From: an uncultured Orrella sp.
GTDB taxonomy: Bacteria > Pseudomonadota > Gammaproteobacteria > Burkholderiales > Burkholderiaceae_B
Direction of reading: 5' to 3'
NCBI GenBank assembly: GCA_964491995.1
Contig: CAZBIN010000002.1
Span: 1 to 49,257 of the forward strand
DNA: 49,257 nt
A program made the position numbers and the translations under genes. Under the pieces are notes generated by a model, which did no database searches, was not told the DNA's origin, and was given only the letters and a program-made list of their open reading frames with translations. Position 1 is the stretch's first letter, and each line of letters starts with the position of its first letter. This document shows, piece after piece, positions 20,001 through 29,362 of this stretch.

Positions 20001-20429
20001 AGCTGCCAGCCAGAAATTGATCGCCTTTTCAGGATCACTAGGGGTGACTAACGGGGGCATCCCCTTGTAAGACAAGGCATGCAAAAGGTCAAACAATGAG
20101 ACCCCCAGCGCGAATACGCCGATGAGCATCAACCTTCCGGCAGAGGAGTAGGTCTGGGTGCTCCAGACGACCGCAAAAATCATCCCGGCCACGGCCAGCG
20201 AGAGCACCTCCAGCACGGTATGAAGTGGCAGGTAAGACGCGAGACCTCGACTCAACTCTGGCATTGGCAGAACCACCGCCGCGAGCAGCATGAGACCCAG
20301 AACGACCAACCAGTTCAGCGCCGACCTGCTTTCCAACCGGTACGATGAATGAATCACAAATACTGCCTTATCCAAGAGACGGATCACGACGTTAACAACG
20401 CTGCCCCTGAATTTACTCCGAGGCTTCAA
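17007..20429 (-). CDS. Membrane c-di-GMP phosphodiesterase (MASE3-PAS-GAF-PAS-GGDEF[degenerate]-EAL)
   Basis: MASE3-like HTVLE…DLLHALSYKGMP…FWLAAR; PAS; GGDEF motif reads SGDGF; EALLRW, ELTES, DDFGTGYSS, KIDQSF, AEGVET; start uncertain. Confidence 0.9.
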   Translation of the reverse strand: MKPRSKFRGSVVNVVIRLLDKAVFVIHSSYRLESRSALNWLVVLGLMLLAAVVLPMPELSRGLASYLPLHTVLEVLSLAVAGMIFAVVWSTQTYSSAGRLMLIGVFALGVSLFDLLHALSYKGMPPLVTPSDPEKAINFWLAARLLMAIGLLLCAWIPHRADEWLNRQSRYLWLGLILLVVGLLTVWFLYFPDTVPRTFIEDQGLTGFKIGFEYVLIALYLLAGVGFYRHAVHQCELSAANLAAASVVFAMGEYFLSLYGNVTDVYNLLGHTYKIIGFGFLYRGLFLRVVQQPFQALKQAQTSLQLTIATLPDKLIEVSRDGTILKIFSDYDRDKADVGLFREGANVRDILPGPMAERCLQAIGLAESTGSTRNVGIEIAGDEQNLYFDLSMSRKPQPDGVDTTFLVLARETTEQVLQQQRLKVEARVNALLLQLEESPLTKDESKYLEMASDGTQSISDSGFAFIHLTPSASNEVVLARSSGSSQGFEYFREIWEPAIDGQQVLVVNDPKQVQATISPTHGQVLLRFVSVPVMEAGRVCLVLSVGNRGRSYAGTDVDVLQRLADAFWRGVKLRRQEAVITRLSTALGQSPYPVLITDTRSRIEYVNEAFTRVSGFELHEVIGKTPHILKSGQTSAQTYQDMWSKIRIGQTWQGELINKRKDGSIYTEKAMIYPVRNSAGEVTNYVAHKEDITLQRETEQRIHQLSNYDQMTGLANREVLEERLKHFIRRSKEAELPVTVLWLDLDNFKAINDSLGHDAGNLLLIKISNRLRQELGEQVTLSRVSGDGFVALLPHTDQQTAALLARHLLDVIQRPLRLNERQLAVSGSIGMSIYPGDSDSVTGLMMNAETAMYRVKMEGRNGLRFFSHDMQQHSLRALEIASALKQADMDKEFHMVYQPQLSLHDSSFIGAEALLRWSHPVWGNVPPGEFIPIAEQSGRILEIGSWVLKHVTQQMRAWRQAGLGHFSVAVNLSALQFVQPDLVKNVIEIVAKAGIPSSCIEVELTESVALNNPLAAGQAISALRNAGFLVSIDDFGTGYSSMSYLKRFAVDKLKIDQSFIRDLERDDDDQAIVMAIVQMAHSLGMKTIAEGVETEGQLAILKQKNCDEIQGYYYSRPLLENDFEAFVRSHHRNKDESQHE

Positions 20430-20731
20430 TCGATCACAGGAATTTTTTGACCAAACATTTGGTCGAACCCACCCGAGCGTGGAGAGTACGCGTAAAAAGC
20501 CAGCCAGACCGAACCCGATAGGCTTTCATCAAAACAATCATTGATTAAGATCAATCTGCGATGCTCCAACACATCAGCACACCCATCTGAATCGTCAATT
20601 TTTCCATGGCTCTACCCCTCTCGCCTGACTCTAAAGGAAAGCGGTCAGGGTTCTCTGGCAGCTTCATCCCTATCACCGCAGCGTCTGAAAACCAGACTCG
20701 TTAAATCCCTTCTGTTGTTTCACACCAGCGC

Positions 20732-21079
20732 CTAGAGATCGTCATCCATGCTTCGGCCTGGCCGCGCGCGGGCGCGGACTCGCTCCCGGGACAAGGCAAG
20801 GGTCTTGCCTTGCTCGTCTTTCTGCGGCGCGGCAACCTCGTCCATGTGATCCAGGAGATCGAGTGCCCACAACATCGCAGCGTAGACAGCCATCCCTGTC
20901 GAGGGCTTGCCACGTTCAGCATCGCCAACCGCACGAACCCCGGTGCCGATCTTGCGGGCCATGTCCTCAATTGTGAGGTTGCGCCGAACCCGTGCGGTGC
21001 GAAGATTGGCACCCAGTCGCGTGAGCGCCTGCTCGACGGGATAGGGCGGTGCTGCCAGCAGCTTGTTACGGGCCGTCAT
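20732..21079 (-). CDS. XRE-family helix-turn-helix protein (HipB-like antitoxin/regulator)
   Basis: LGANLRTARVRRNLTIEDMARKIG…AERGKPS; likely start ATG 21079. Confidence 0.85.
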   Translation of the reverse strand: MTARNKLLAAPPYPVEQALTRLGANLRTARVRRNLTIEDMARKIGTGVRAVGDAERGKPSTGMAVYAAMLWALDLLDHMDEVAAPQKDEQGKTLALSRERVRARARPGRSMDDDL

Positions 21080-21142
21080 AGATTCACCATTGCGTGAGAG
21101 TTGCACTCTGTGTGTGGGCGAGCATATCTTAGATATCAGAAT

Positions 21143-21193
21143 AAATGCTCTTAAGAGCATTTTAAATCGATAAAAATGCTCTTGAAAGCATTT
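21143..21193. promoter_or_regulatory. Two palindromic operator sites upstream of the HTH gene
   Basis: Perfect 20-bp palindrome AAATGCTCTTAAGAGCATTT (21143-21162) and near-copy AAATGCTCTTGAAAGCATTT (21174-21193). Confidence 0.75.
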
Positions 21194-21356
21194 AAATGAA
21201 ATTCATTTGAATAGCCAGTGCAGACCCTGTGTTAATATCCGCAAGTTTTGAGGTGCGCTGTCAGGCCCTGAACCCGTCCAGAGTTAATGTGCGGAGCGTC
21301 AGGAGCAAGTCGAGAGCCGCTTATATTGTTGTGCACATATCCAGGGATGTTAAGTC

Positions 21357-22976
21357 ATGTCGAACGGCCAAATCTTGGATGAAGTCAGGCGCAGAAGGAC
21401 GTTTGCCATCATTTCTCACCCCGACGCGGGCAAGACGACCCTGACGGAAAAGGTTCTCTTGTTTGCAGGTGCTATCCAGATTGCCGGCAGCGTAAAAGCT
21501 CGCAAGGCATCAAGGCACGCGGCATCAGACTGGATGGAAATCGAAAAGCAGCGTGGCATTTCTGTGGCTTCCTCCGTGATGCAGATTGAATATAAAGATT
21601 GTGTGATCAATCTGCTCGATACCCCCGGACACCAGGACTTCTCGGAAGACACCTATCGCGTGTTGACTGCCGTGGACGCAGCCCTGATGGTGATTGATGC
21701 TGCCAATGGTGTTGAGCCTCAGACCTTGCGACTGCTGGAAGTCTGTCGGGCTCGCAACACACCCATCATCACCTTCATCAACAAAATGGACCGTGAGGTC
21801 AAAGAGCCACTGGACCTGATCGCCGAGGTCGAATCCCATCTGCATATGGACGCCGTGCCTTTGACATGGCCGGTTGGCATGGGTCGCGCCTTTGCGGGTG
21901 TGTTTGACGTCAGACACGACCGGATGCGCCTGTTCAAGGCCGGTCAGGAACGGTTTGACGAAACACAGCAAGAATTCATTGAAGGTCTGGACAACCCTGA
22001 GATTGGCAGCCGGTTTGCCGATGCCTGGCCCCAGGCTCACAGCGAAATTGAACTAATCCGGGCAGCCTCACCCGAGCTTGACCGCCAGGCGTTCCTGGAA
22101 GGCAAGCAAACGCCGGTGCTGTTCGGTTCTGCGATCAACAATTTCGGGGTGCAGGAGGTGCTTGACACTCTGGTTGAACTCGCCCCCGCACCTGGACCCA
22201 GAGCCGCGCTCGAACGCATGATCGAGCCCGATGAACCAAAATTCACGGGCGTGGTTTTTAAGGTGCAGGCCAACATGGACCCTGCGCACCGGGATCGGGT
22301 CGCGTTTGTCCGAGTCAGTTCCGGACGTTTTAACCGGGGCCTAAAACTGCGCATCAGTCGCACAGGCAAAGACATTCGTCCCAACAACGTCGTTTCATTT
22401 CTTTCGCAACGCCGTGAACTGGTTGAAGATGCCGTGGCGGGTGACATTATCGGCATTCCAAATCACGGAATCCTGCACCTCGGAGATGTTCTGACCGAGG
22501 GCGAAACCCTGCACTTTACCGGGCTGCCTTTCTTTGCACCGGAACTGTTTCAAGCGGTCGAGGTAAAAGACCCTCTAAGGACCAAACAGCTTCGCACCGG
22601 TCTGGCGCAACTCGGCGAAGAGGGGGCGATTCAGGTATTCCGTCCTGTCGCAGCAGGAGGCGCTCTGTTACTGGGCGCTGTGGGTGTGCTTCAGTTTGAA
22701 GTCGTGGCACATCGACTCAAAACGGAATACGGTGTCGATGCAAGGATGATGCCCTCGCGCTACAACCTCGCACGCTGGGTCAGCTCAGAAGATTCCAGGG
22801 AGCTACGTAAGTTCCTCGATGCGAACGTTGCAAATATCGCCTACGATGTCGTCGACGCGCCCGCGTTTCTGGCGACCTCGGTGGCACAACTGCGAGTCGC
22901 ACAAGAGCGTCACCCGAAGATTCAGTTTCACACCATGCGCGAACACGGTGGTAAGGTATTTGACCAAGCTGGTTAG
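21357..22976 (+). CDS. prfC: Peptide chain release factor 3
   Basis: RRTFAIISHPDAGKTTLTEK, SDWMEIEKQRGISV, DTPGHQDF, NKMD, FKVQANMDPAHRDR, GAVGVLQFEV. Confidence 0.98.
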   Translation: MSNGQILDEVRRRRTFAIISHPDAGKTTLTEKVLLFAGAIQIAGSVKARKASRHAASDWMEIEKQRGISVASSVMQIEYKDCVINLLDTPGHQDFSEDTYRVLTAVDAALMVIDAANGVEPQTLRLLEVCRARNTPIITFINKMDREVKEPLDLIAEVESHLHMDAVPLTWPVGMGRAFAGVFDVRHDRMRLFKAGQERFDETQQEFIEGLDNPEIGSRFADAWPQAHSEIELIRAASPELDRQAFLEGKQTPVLFGSAINNFGVQEVLDTLVELAPAPGPRAALERMIEPDEPKFTGVVFKVQANMDPAHRDRVAFVRVSSGRFNRGLKLRISRTGKDIRPNNVVSFLSQRRELVEDAVAGDIIGIPNHGILHLGDVLTEGETLHFTGLPFFAPELFQAVEVKDPLRTKQLRTGLAQLGEEGAIQVFRPVAAGGALLLGAVGVLQFEVVAHRLKTEYGVDARMMPSRYNLARWVSSEDSRELRKFLDANVANIAYDVVDAPAFLATSVAQLRVAQERHPKIQFHTMREHGGKVFDQAG

Positions 22977-22979
22977 GTC

Positions 22980-23012
22980 GTTTAGCGTATCCTCTATCTG
23001 GATACGCTAAAC
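22980..23012 (+). terminator. Stem-loop after prfC
   Basis: Perfect 13-bp inverted repeat GTTTAGCGTATCC / GGATACGCTAAAC with 7-nt loop, directly after the stop. Confidence 0.6.
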
Positions 23013-23039
23013 CGCGATTTAATATTTTGATGCGTTGAC

Positions 23040-23687
23040 ATGTCCTGGCGATTTTTGACCTTTTTGATTGTTTTATGCATGGCGGGAGCCTCTGTGGCTG
23101 GCGCTATGCTGGGCAATTGGCTGGTCAGCGAAGCGCCCATGGCAGAAGAAGGGTCCCGAACAAACCTGCAAACCACATCCGAAACGGTGCTCGACGCATC
23201 GGGTCGCCCGCTGGTCGGGATTGCTCCGCAGCCTTTGCCCGATGGCACCATGGGGATTCCTCAAGCCATCATTCAGCCAATGTGGGAAATTCAGGCGGTT
23301 TCGCTGTTTGATTCCAACCTTGATCCGATGGTGACACTGGCGATCGGCAATCAGAGCTACACCATATCCGACGTTCTGAACCAGGCCGGTGCAGGGCTGG
23401 AGCAGGGGGGTGCGGAAATCTCGACGGTTGACGTCACCCAGGGTGGCTCTCAAGGCGGTGCATCCGATCCGATTGGGGCACTTGCCAGCTCAGGGACAAA
23501 CAACGCAACGTCGGCGAACTGGGAAAAGGCGCTCGACGACGCTATTCGTGCTTGTGGCGCCGTCAACTTCTTCAGTCGCCCAGGTTGCATCGATCGGGCG
23601 CAACAACAATACTGCGCACCCAACAACGCGTGGGGCAAACACCGCCACTGCCCCTCAAGACAGCAAATGCCCAATTCCGGGGCATGA
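23040..23687 (+). CDS. Hypothetical membrane-anchored or exported protein with Cys-rich C-terminal domain
   Basis: N-terminal hydrophobic helix, low-complexity linker, C-terminus with four Cys (C…C…YC…WG…CP). Confidence 0.7.
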   Translation: MSWRFLTFLIVLCMAGASVAGAMLGNWLVSEAPMAEEGSRTNLQTTSETVLDASGRPLVGIAPQPLPDGTMGIPQAIIQPMWEIQAVSLFDSNLDPMVTLAIGNQSYTISDVLNQAGAGLEQGGAEISTVDVTQGGSQGGASDPIGALASSGTNNATSANWEKALDDAIRACGAVNFFSRPGCIDRAQQQYCAPNNAWGKHRHCPSRQQMPNSGA

Positions 23688-23744
23688 TCGGGACAGAGCG
23701 GGAAAGTCTGATGATGACTGCCGCTGAACCCGACCACGCCTGAC

Positions 23745-25160
23745 TCACATGGCCGCTTGTGATTTGCGCAGAGAAGCCGTCGGGATTCGCATTTGCTCAC
23801 GATATTTGGCGATGGTCCGGCGCGCAATGTTGATGCCCTGCTCATCGAGCAATTTGGCCAGTTGCGCGTCAGAGAGTGGTTTGGCCCGATCCTCGTTCTG
23901 AATGTAATCGCGAATCTTGATCTGGACAGCTGTCGAAGACGTCGCCTCGCCCCCATCGGTCTCGAGCCCTGCACCAAAAAACCGTTTCAGCTCGACCGTG
24001 CCAAATGGTGTCAGCATGAACTTCTGGGTGGTGGCTCTGGATACCGTAGACTCGTGCAGACCCAGCTCGCCCGAGATCTCTCGCAACGTCAAAGGTCTCA
24101 CTGCGCCCCAGCCCTGCTCAAAAAAAGCCTGCTGGTGATCTGCAATCGCCTGCGATACCCGTAAAATCGTGTCAAACCGTTGCGCCACATTGCGTATCAG
24201 CCAGCGTGCCTCCTGTAGCTGCCCGTGTAAAGCTGTGTGCTCGCTGCTGCGTGCACTTCCCAACGCCTGGGCATACAGCTCGTTGACACGCAGTTTTGGC
24301 ATGATCGACTCGTTAAGCCTCATCTTCCAGCCGCTGCGGGTTCGATGCGCGATGACATCGGGCACTGCATAATCTGCCGCTGGACGTGACCAGTGGCCAC
24401 CCGGGCGTGGGTTGAGTTTGCGAATGGTGACGCAGGCCAGTTGCAACTGCTCGAGCGAACAGCCCAGTTGTTCTCGCAGTTTTGCAAGGTTTCCAGTGGC
24501 AAACACGCCCAGGTGGTTTTGACACACCTCGCGAGCCAGCGCCAGAACATCCTGATCAGCAAGCGCAGACAGCACGGTCAGATCCGGGTTGCGCAATTGA
24601 AGCGACAAGCACTCCGACAAGCTACGTGCGCCAACACCTGGCGGATCAAATGACTGGAGCAGGCACAAGGCGGCACTGAGCTCCTCAATCTCGACATCCA
24701 GATCAGGCGCCAGCATAGCCAGCACCTCCTCCAGAGTGGATTCCATCAACCCATCGTCATTGATGTCATCAATGAGCAAAGCGACCAGCGCGGCATCACG
24801 TGCACTCACGTGGGTGGTGCCCAACTGCTGCATCAGATGCTCTCGCAAGGTCGTATGTGCAGCGGACTCTGGTCGCTCAAACTGCTCGTCGTCGCGATCG
24901 TGACGGCTACCCGATGACAGCCGGTCAAACAACTGCTGCGGCTCATCGGCAGACTCGACCTGTTGTACCGGAACATCAGAAGCCTGAGACGGATCCTCTG
25001 AAGACTCGGGCAGCTCCAGCATGGGGTTCTCATCAAGCGCGCGTGCAATCTCCGACTCAAGGTCAAGCGTCGATAGCTGCAGCAATCGTATAGACTGCTG
25101 TAGAGCGGGGGTCAGCGCTAGGTGCTGGCCCATTCGAAGCTCGAGTGACTGGCGACTCAT
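23745..25160 (-). CDS. rpoN: RNA polymerase sigma-54 factor
   Basis: LTPALQQSIRLLQLS, ENPMLE, FDPPGVGAR, LHESTVSRAT, RpoN box ARRTIAKYRE. Confidence 0.96.
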   Translation of the reverse strand: MSRQSLELRMGQHLALTPALQQSIRLLQLSTLDLESEIARALDENPMLELPESSEDPSQASDVPVQQVESADEPQQLFDRLSSGSRHDRDDEQFERPESAAHTTLREHLMQQLGTTHVSARDAALVALLIDDINDDGLMESTLEEVLAMLAPDLDVEIEELSAALCLLQSFDPPGVGARSLSECLSLQLRNPDLTVLSALADQDVLALAREVCQNHLGVFATGNLAKLREQLGCSLEQLQLACVTIRKLNPRPGGHWSRPAADYAVPDVIAHRTRSGWKMRLNESIMPKLRVNELYAQALGSARSSEHTALHGQLQEARWLIRNVAQRFDTILRVSQAIADHQQAFFEQGWGAVRPLTLREISGELGLHESTVSRATTQKFMLTPFGTVELKRFFGAGLETDGGEATSSTAVQIKIRDYIQNEDRAKPLSDAQLAKLLDEQGINIARRTIAKYREQMRIPTASLRKSQAAM

Positions 25161-25175
25161 GGGTACAATAATCCA

Positions 25176-25796
25176 ATGCTAAATACAACACGATCAACCA
25201 CTTCCAGGGACGATCTCCGAGCCCTGAATGAGACCCTCAGAAGACGCCAGCTACCTGGCTGGCTCTTGCGAACAGGCGTACTTGCCGCAGTTGCCATCAT
25301 CTGGTTCTGGGTATGCCAGCAAATTCTTCGTGCAGGCTCGTTGATCCGATATGACGGTCTAGAGGCTTTGGGTCAAGAAGTTGTCAGATTGCTGACTCAA
25401 ATCAATCCTTACCTTTGGTGGGGCGTGATTGCCATTTTGAGCCTGATTGTACTTTCCGTTGCAAGAGCATGGTTTTTGCGTAGTGCCAAGCGCTCGCGTA
25501 CCGCTCTCGTACCCGTTGCCGATATTCAGAAACTCGCTACCTTGATGTCATCTGAAGGTATTCAGGTGCTGAAGTGGGTCTGGGACGCCACGGCAGACCC
25601 CGTGACCGTCGGCGATCTGATCGTCACCCGACAGGAGATTCAGTCTGGTCGTGTGCGCAAGCTGGCCATGGTGCAATCGCAACTGCAGGCACTCGAGCAA
25701 GGTGGCGCAAAGGAAGGATTCAATCTGCGTGGTGTGAGAGCAGAGCCCGGGGTGAGTGCAGAGGCTGGCAAGGACAAAGTCGAACCCGTGTTGTGA
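25176..25796 (+). CDS. Hypothetical membrane protein (two TM helices)
   Basis: 206-aa ORF with two hydrophobic segments and the motif INPYLWW. Confidence 0.7.
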   Translation: MLNTTRSTTSRDDLRALNETLRRRQLPGWLLRTGVLAAVAIIWFWVCQQILRAGSLIRYDGLEALGQEVVRLLTQINPYLWWGVIAILSLIVLSVARAWFLRSAKRSRTALVPVADIQKLATLMSSEGIQVLKWVWDATADPVTVGDLIVTRQEIQSGRVRKLAMVQSQLQALEQGGAKEGFNLRGVRAEPGVSAEAGKDKVEPVL

Positions 25797-26080
25797 AGTC
25801 ACGACACGTCAGGGTCGACCGTGATGCCTTTGCGACAGACCCCTTGCGTTTGACACATAGTCACGATTTTCAGCGAGGACACAACGGCTCTGGGCATCAG
25901 CGAACTCGTAATACTGTCACAACCCGGGCCCGATCACCGGTCGACAGGCTTGATTTTTAACGCTGAATATGTTTATCTTGTCATATGAGTACAAAAAAGA
26001 CCCATTTGACGACATTGCAGCAGGCAGCCACGCTGTCGGGTTTGCCTCGTCAATTGCGCTCGCGCAGCGCATTGTGGTTC

Positions 26081-26146
26081 ATGTCCTCACAGCATCAGAC
26101 GACCCAATCCCTATCCCTGCTACTAGCGATCGGTTGCCGGGCCTAG
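26081..26146 (+). CDS. Putative leucine leader (attenuator) peptide MSSQHQTTQSLSLLLAIGCRA
   Basis: Short ORF with Leu codons CTA-TCC-CTG-CTA-CTA upstream of leuA, followed by alternative hairpins. Confidence 0.75.
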   Translation: MSSQHQTTQSLSLLLAIGCRA

Positions 26147-26283
26147 TGCCTCGTGGCAGTCCGGCAGCCCACACATGCCACACCTTGCGGTGATGCAACG
26201 CATCTGCATGCTTCACGCACCCGCACCAGAATCATTTCCTAATTGCACGTTGGCCCCGCGAAACAGGGGCAAAAGAGGACAAA

Positions 26284-27993
26284 ATGCTCGCTGATCCATC
26301 CAGAAAGTACATTCCGTTCAAACCGTTCGAGCAAGATTTTGCTGAGCGTACGTGGCCCTCCAAGCGCATCACCCATCCACCGATCTGGATGAGCACGGAT
26401 CTTCGTGACGGTAACCAGTCCTTGATCGAGCCGATGAGCGTAGAGCGCAAGTTGCGCTTCTTTGAAATGCTCATCAAGATCGGTTTCAAAGAAATCGAAG
26501 TCGGTTTTCCATCGGCTTCCCAGACGGACTATGACTTCGTGCGCAAGCTCGTCGAGGAAAACCGCATCCCTGATGATGTCACCATCATCGCCCTGACGCA
26601 GGCACGTCCCGAACTGATCGAGCGTACGGTCGAGGCAGCGGCCGGTGCCAAAAAAGCCATGATCCACCTCTACAACGCCTGTGCGCCGGCATTTCGCAAG
26701 ATCGTCTTCAACATGTCTCGTGAAGAAGTCAAGCAAGTTGCAATCGATGGCACTCGTTGTGTGATGGAATGTATGGCCAAGTATCCGCAAACCGACTGGT
26801 CTTACGAATATTCCCCGGAAGTGTTCAGTACCACCGAGCCGGATTTTGCGCTCGAGGTCTGTAACGCGGTGACTGAAGTATGGAAACCCACACCGCAGAA
26901 GAAAATTGTCTACAACCTCCCGGCAACCATCGAAGCGACCACGCCCAACATGTATGCCGACCAGGTCGAGTACATGCACAAACGCCTGAACAAGCGCGAC
27001 TGCATCGTCATCAGCGTTCACCCCCATAACGACCGTGGCACTGCCGTCGCAGCCGCAGAGCTGGGTGTGATGGCCGGAGCAGACCGAGTCGAAGGATGCT
27101 TGTTTGGCAGCGGTGAGCGCACCGGCAACGTGGACATCGTGACACTGGCATTGAACCTGTACACCCAGGGCATTCATCCTGGCCTCGATTTCTCTGACAT
27201 CGACGAGGTTCGTCGCTGTGTCGAGTACTGCAATCAGTTGCCCGTACACCCCCGCCATCCTTACGTGGGTGACCTGGTTTTCACGGCATTCTCAGGATCG
27301 CACCAAGACGCTATCAAGAAGGGTTTTGCGCAACAGAAACCTGATGCCGTGTGGGAAGTCCCTTATTTGCCGATTGACCCCGCCGATCTCGGACGCACCT
27401 ATGACGCGGTTATCCGCGTCAACAGCCAGTCTGGAAAAGGCGGTGTCTCCTATCTTCTCGAACAGGAGCACGGTCTGGTCTTGCCCAGACGCCTGCAGAT
27501 CGAGTTCAGCCGCGCCATTCAGCGCGTGACAGACGAGACCGGCAGCGAGGTCACTTCAGGTGACGTTTACACCATCTTCTCCAAGGAATATCTGGAGCAG
27601 CGCACCCCCTGGACGCTGATCAGGCACCGGATCGCCGGGGATCCATCTGCTGCAGAGGGTCAACACTTCACGATCGAAGCGGAATTTGATGTGGGTGGCG
27701 ACCGACAGATCCTGACCGGGCATGGTGACGGTGCCATCTCGGCTTTCGTCAACAGCCTGAGCCTTCCGGTCAGAATCGTGGACTACCACGAGCACGCCAT
27801 TGGCACAGGAACCGAGACACGCGCTGCCTGCTATGTCGAAGTCAAGATCGGTGATTCGCAGCCTGGCTTTGGGGTCGGGGTGGATGTGGATATTGTGACG
27901 GCATCATTCAAAGCCGTTCTCAGTGCCGTCAACCGCTATGTCACAGCGAACAACGTGCCTGAGATCGCCTCGACGAGCACCACAACAGCCTGA
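26284..27993 (+). CDS. leuA: 2-isopropylmalate synthase
   Basis: [75 protein letters not shown]. Confidence 0.97.
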   Translation: MLADPSRKYIPFKPFEQDFAERTWPSKRITHPPIWMSTDLRDGNQSLIEPMSVERKLRFFEMLIKIGFKEIEVGFPSASQTDYDFVRKLVEENRIPDDVTIIALTQARPELIERTVEAAAGAKKAMIHLYNACAPAFRKIVFNMSREEVKQVAIDGTRCVMECMAKYPQTDWSYEYSPEVFSTTEPDFALEVCNAVTEVWKPTPQKKIVYNLPATIEATTPNMYADQVEYMHKRLNKRDCIVISVHPHNDRGTAVAAAELGVMAGADRVEGCLFGSGERTGNVDIVTLALNLYTQGIHPGLDFSDIDEVRRCVEYCNQLPVHPRHPYVGDLVFTAFSGSHQDAIKKGFAQQKPDAVWEVPYLPIDPADLGRTYDAVIRVNSQSGKGGVSYLLEQEHGLVLPRRLQIEFSRAIQRVTDETGSEVTSGDVYTIFSKEYLEQRTPWTLIRHRIAGDPSAAEGQHFTIEAEFDVGGDRQILTGHGDGAISAFVNSLSLPVRIVDYHEHAIGTGTETRAACYVEVKIGDSQPGFGVGVDVDIVTASFKAVLSAVNRYVTANNVPEIASTSTTTA

Positions 27994-28824
27994 TCAGGCT
28001 TTCGGATCCATCAGCCGCGCCAGCTCGGTTTCATCGAATCCGGCTGCGCGGCGAGCATCCAGATTGAACGGCCCCCTGAATCTGGGAGCCGAATATTTTT
28101 GATGCATCTCAAGATCGACATCCTGACGATTGAGCCCTCGTTGTTCACATAGCCAGTGATACCAGTTATTACCGATCGCGACATGGCCGATCTCTTCTCG
28201 CAAAATCACTGACAGAATCTCACCCGCCCTTGCATCGCCGGCCTGAATCAGCTTGTCGCGAATCGGTGGCGAAGCATCGAGTCCTCGTGCCTCCAAGGTG
28301 CGCGGAACCATTGCAAGACGCCCCAGCAGATCATCGGTGGTTCTAAGTGCCATGTCCCAGAGCCCATCGTGCGCAGGAAAATCACCATAATCGTAGCCCA
28401 GTGACTGCAAATGCTCGCGCAGCATCTGGAAATGTGATGTTTCCTCCCGGGCGACCTGAATCCAGTCACGGTAAAACTGCTCCGGCATGCCAGGAAATCG
28501 CCAGATGATGTCCAGCGCCAGATTGATGGCATTGAACTCGATGTGGGCGATTGCGTGCAGCAATACCGCCCTGCCCTCGATCGACTGGACACGACGAATC
28601 TTTAACTCGGCAGGACTGACCAGCACGGGACGCTCGGGACGCCCCGGCAATGCCTGGTCCGGCAAATAGAGCGCCTGCGGATCAATCGGGCAAGTGTCGT
28701 CTATCTGCCCTACCAGATCGCATTTGAACGCGATGTCGGGCTGAGCAAGGGCCTTGAGTGCCATGGCACGACACTCGCGCACCTTCTGCGTGTGCGCAGC
28801 ACCTGATAAAGTGGTGGATGTCAT
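27994..28824 (-). CDS. Ferritin-like domain protein (DUF455)
   Basis: PGRPERP, LHAIAHIEFNAINLA, EETSHF, YGDFPAHDGLW, EARGLD, EEIGHV. Confidence 0.9.
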   Translation of the reverse strand: MTSTTLSGAAHTQKVRECRAMALKALAQPDIAFKCDLVGQIDDTCPIDPQALYLPDQALPGRPERPVLVSPAELKIRRVQSIEGRAVLLHAIAHIEFNAINLALDIIWRFPGMPEQFYRDWIQVAREETSHFQMLREHLQSLGYDYGDFPAHDGLWDMALRTTDDLLGRLAMVPRTLEARGLDASPPIRDKLIQAGDARAGEILSVILREEIGHVAIGNNWYHWLCEQRGLNRQDVDLEMHQKYSAPRFRGPFNLDARRAAGFDETELARLMDPKA

Positions 28825-28900
28825 ATCATCTCGCTTAAACAATCGTTAAACCGACGATGACCAAAACAGGCTGTTACCAGGCAGCACTGGAGTCAACCCG

Positions 28901-29362
28901 ATGCCAATAACCGAATCCCATAAAAACAGAATTCCAGGTGCTGCGCTGGCAACAGGACTGGGCGGCCTGATCCCCTTCTGGTTCCTGAGTCTGTCGCCAC
29001 TGATCATCCGTGATTTTCCGCCCGTCATTGCCCTGTTTGCCATCAATACCTACGGTGCCGTGATTCTATCTTTCGTCGGGGCAATCTGGTGGGGCCTGGC
29101 TGTCGCCATTCCAAACGCGCCACGCACGATGATGTTTAGCTGGAGTGTGGTGCCTGCATTGCTGGGATGGGTTGCTGCCGTGCCCTACATGCCTGCTGAC
29201 CTGGGGTTATTGATATTGATGGCTGGATTTGCGTTGCAATGGATTCTGGACATCGTGCTGTTTCCACGCATCGCCATCGATGTCTGGGTCTTGAAGCTCA
29301 GAACCATTTTGACCCTTGGCGTGCTCGCCAGTCTGGTCTGTGCATGGTGGATTCTTGTCTGA
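28901..29362 (+). CDS. DUF3429 family membrane protein
   Basis: GLIPF, YGAVILSFVGAIWWG, SVVPALLGW, LR..LT. Confidence 0.85.
   Translation: MPITESHKNRIPGAALATGLGGLIPFWFLSLSPLIIRDFPPVIALFAINTYGAVILSFVGAIWWGLAVAIPNAPRTMMFSWSVVPALLGWVAAVPYMPADLGLLILMAGFALQWILDIVLFPRIAIDVWVLKLRTILTLGVLASLVCAWWILV

Noticed and set aside
20430-20700. Possible c-di-GMP riboswitch upstream of the EAL gene
   Set aside because: No GEMM-type consensus recognised on either strand.
26239-27258. 339-aa minus-strand ORF
   Set aside because: Antisense shadow of leuA, explained by codon bias.
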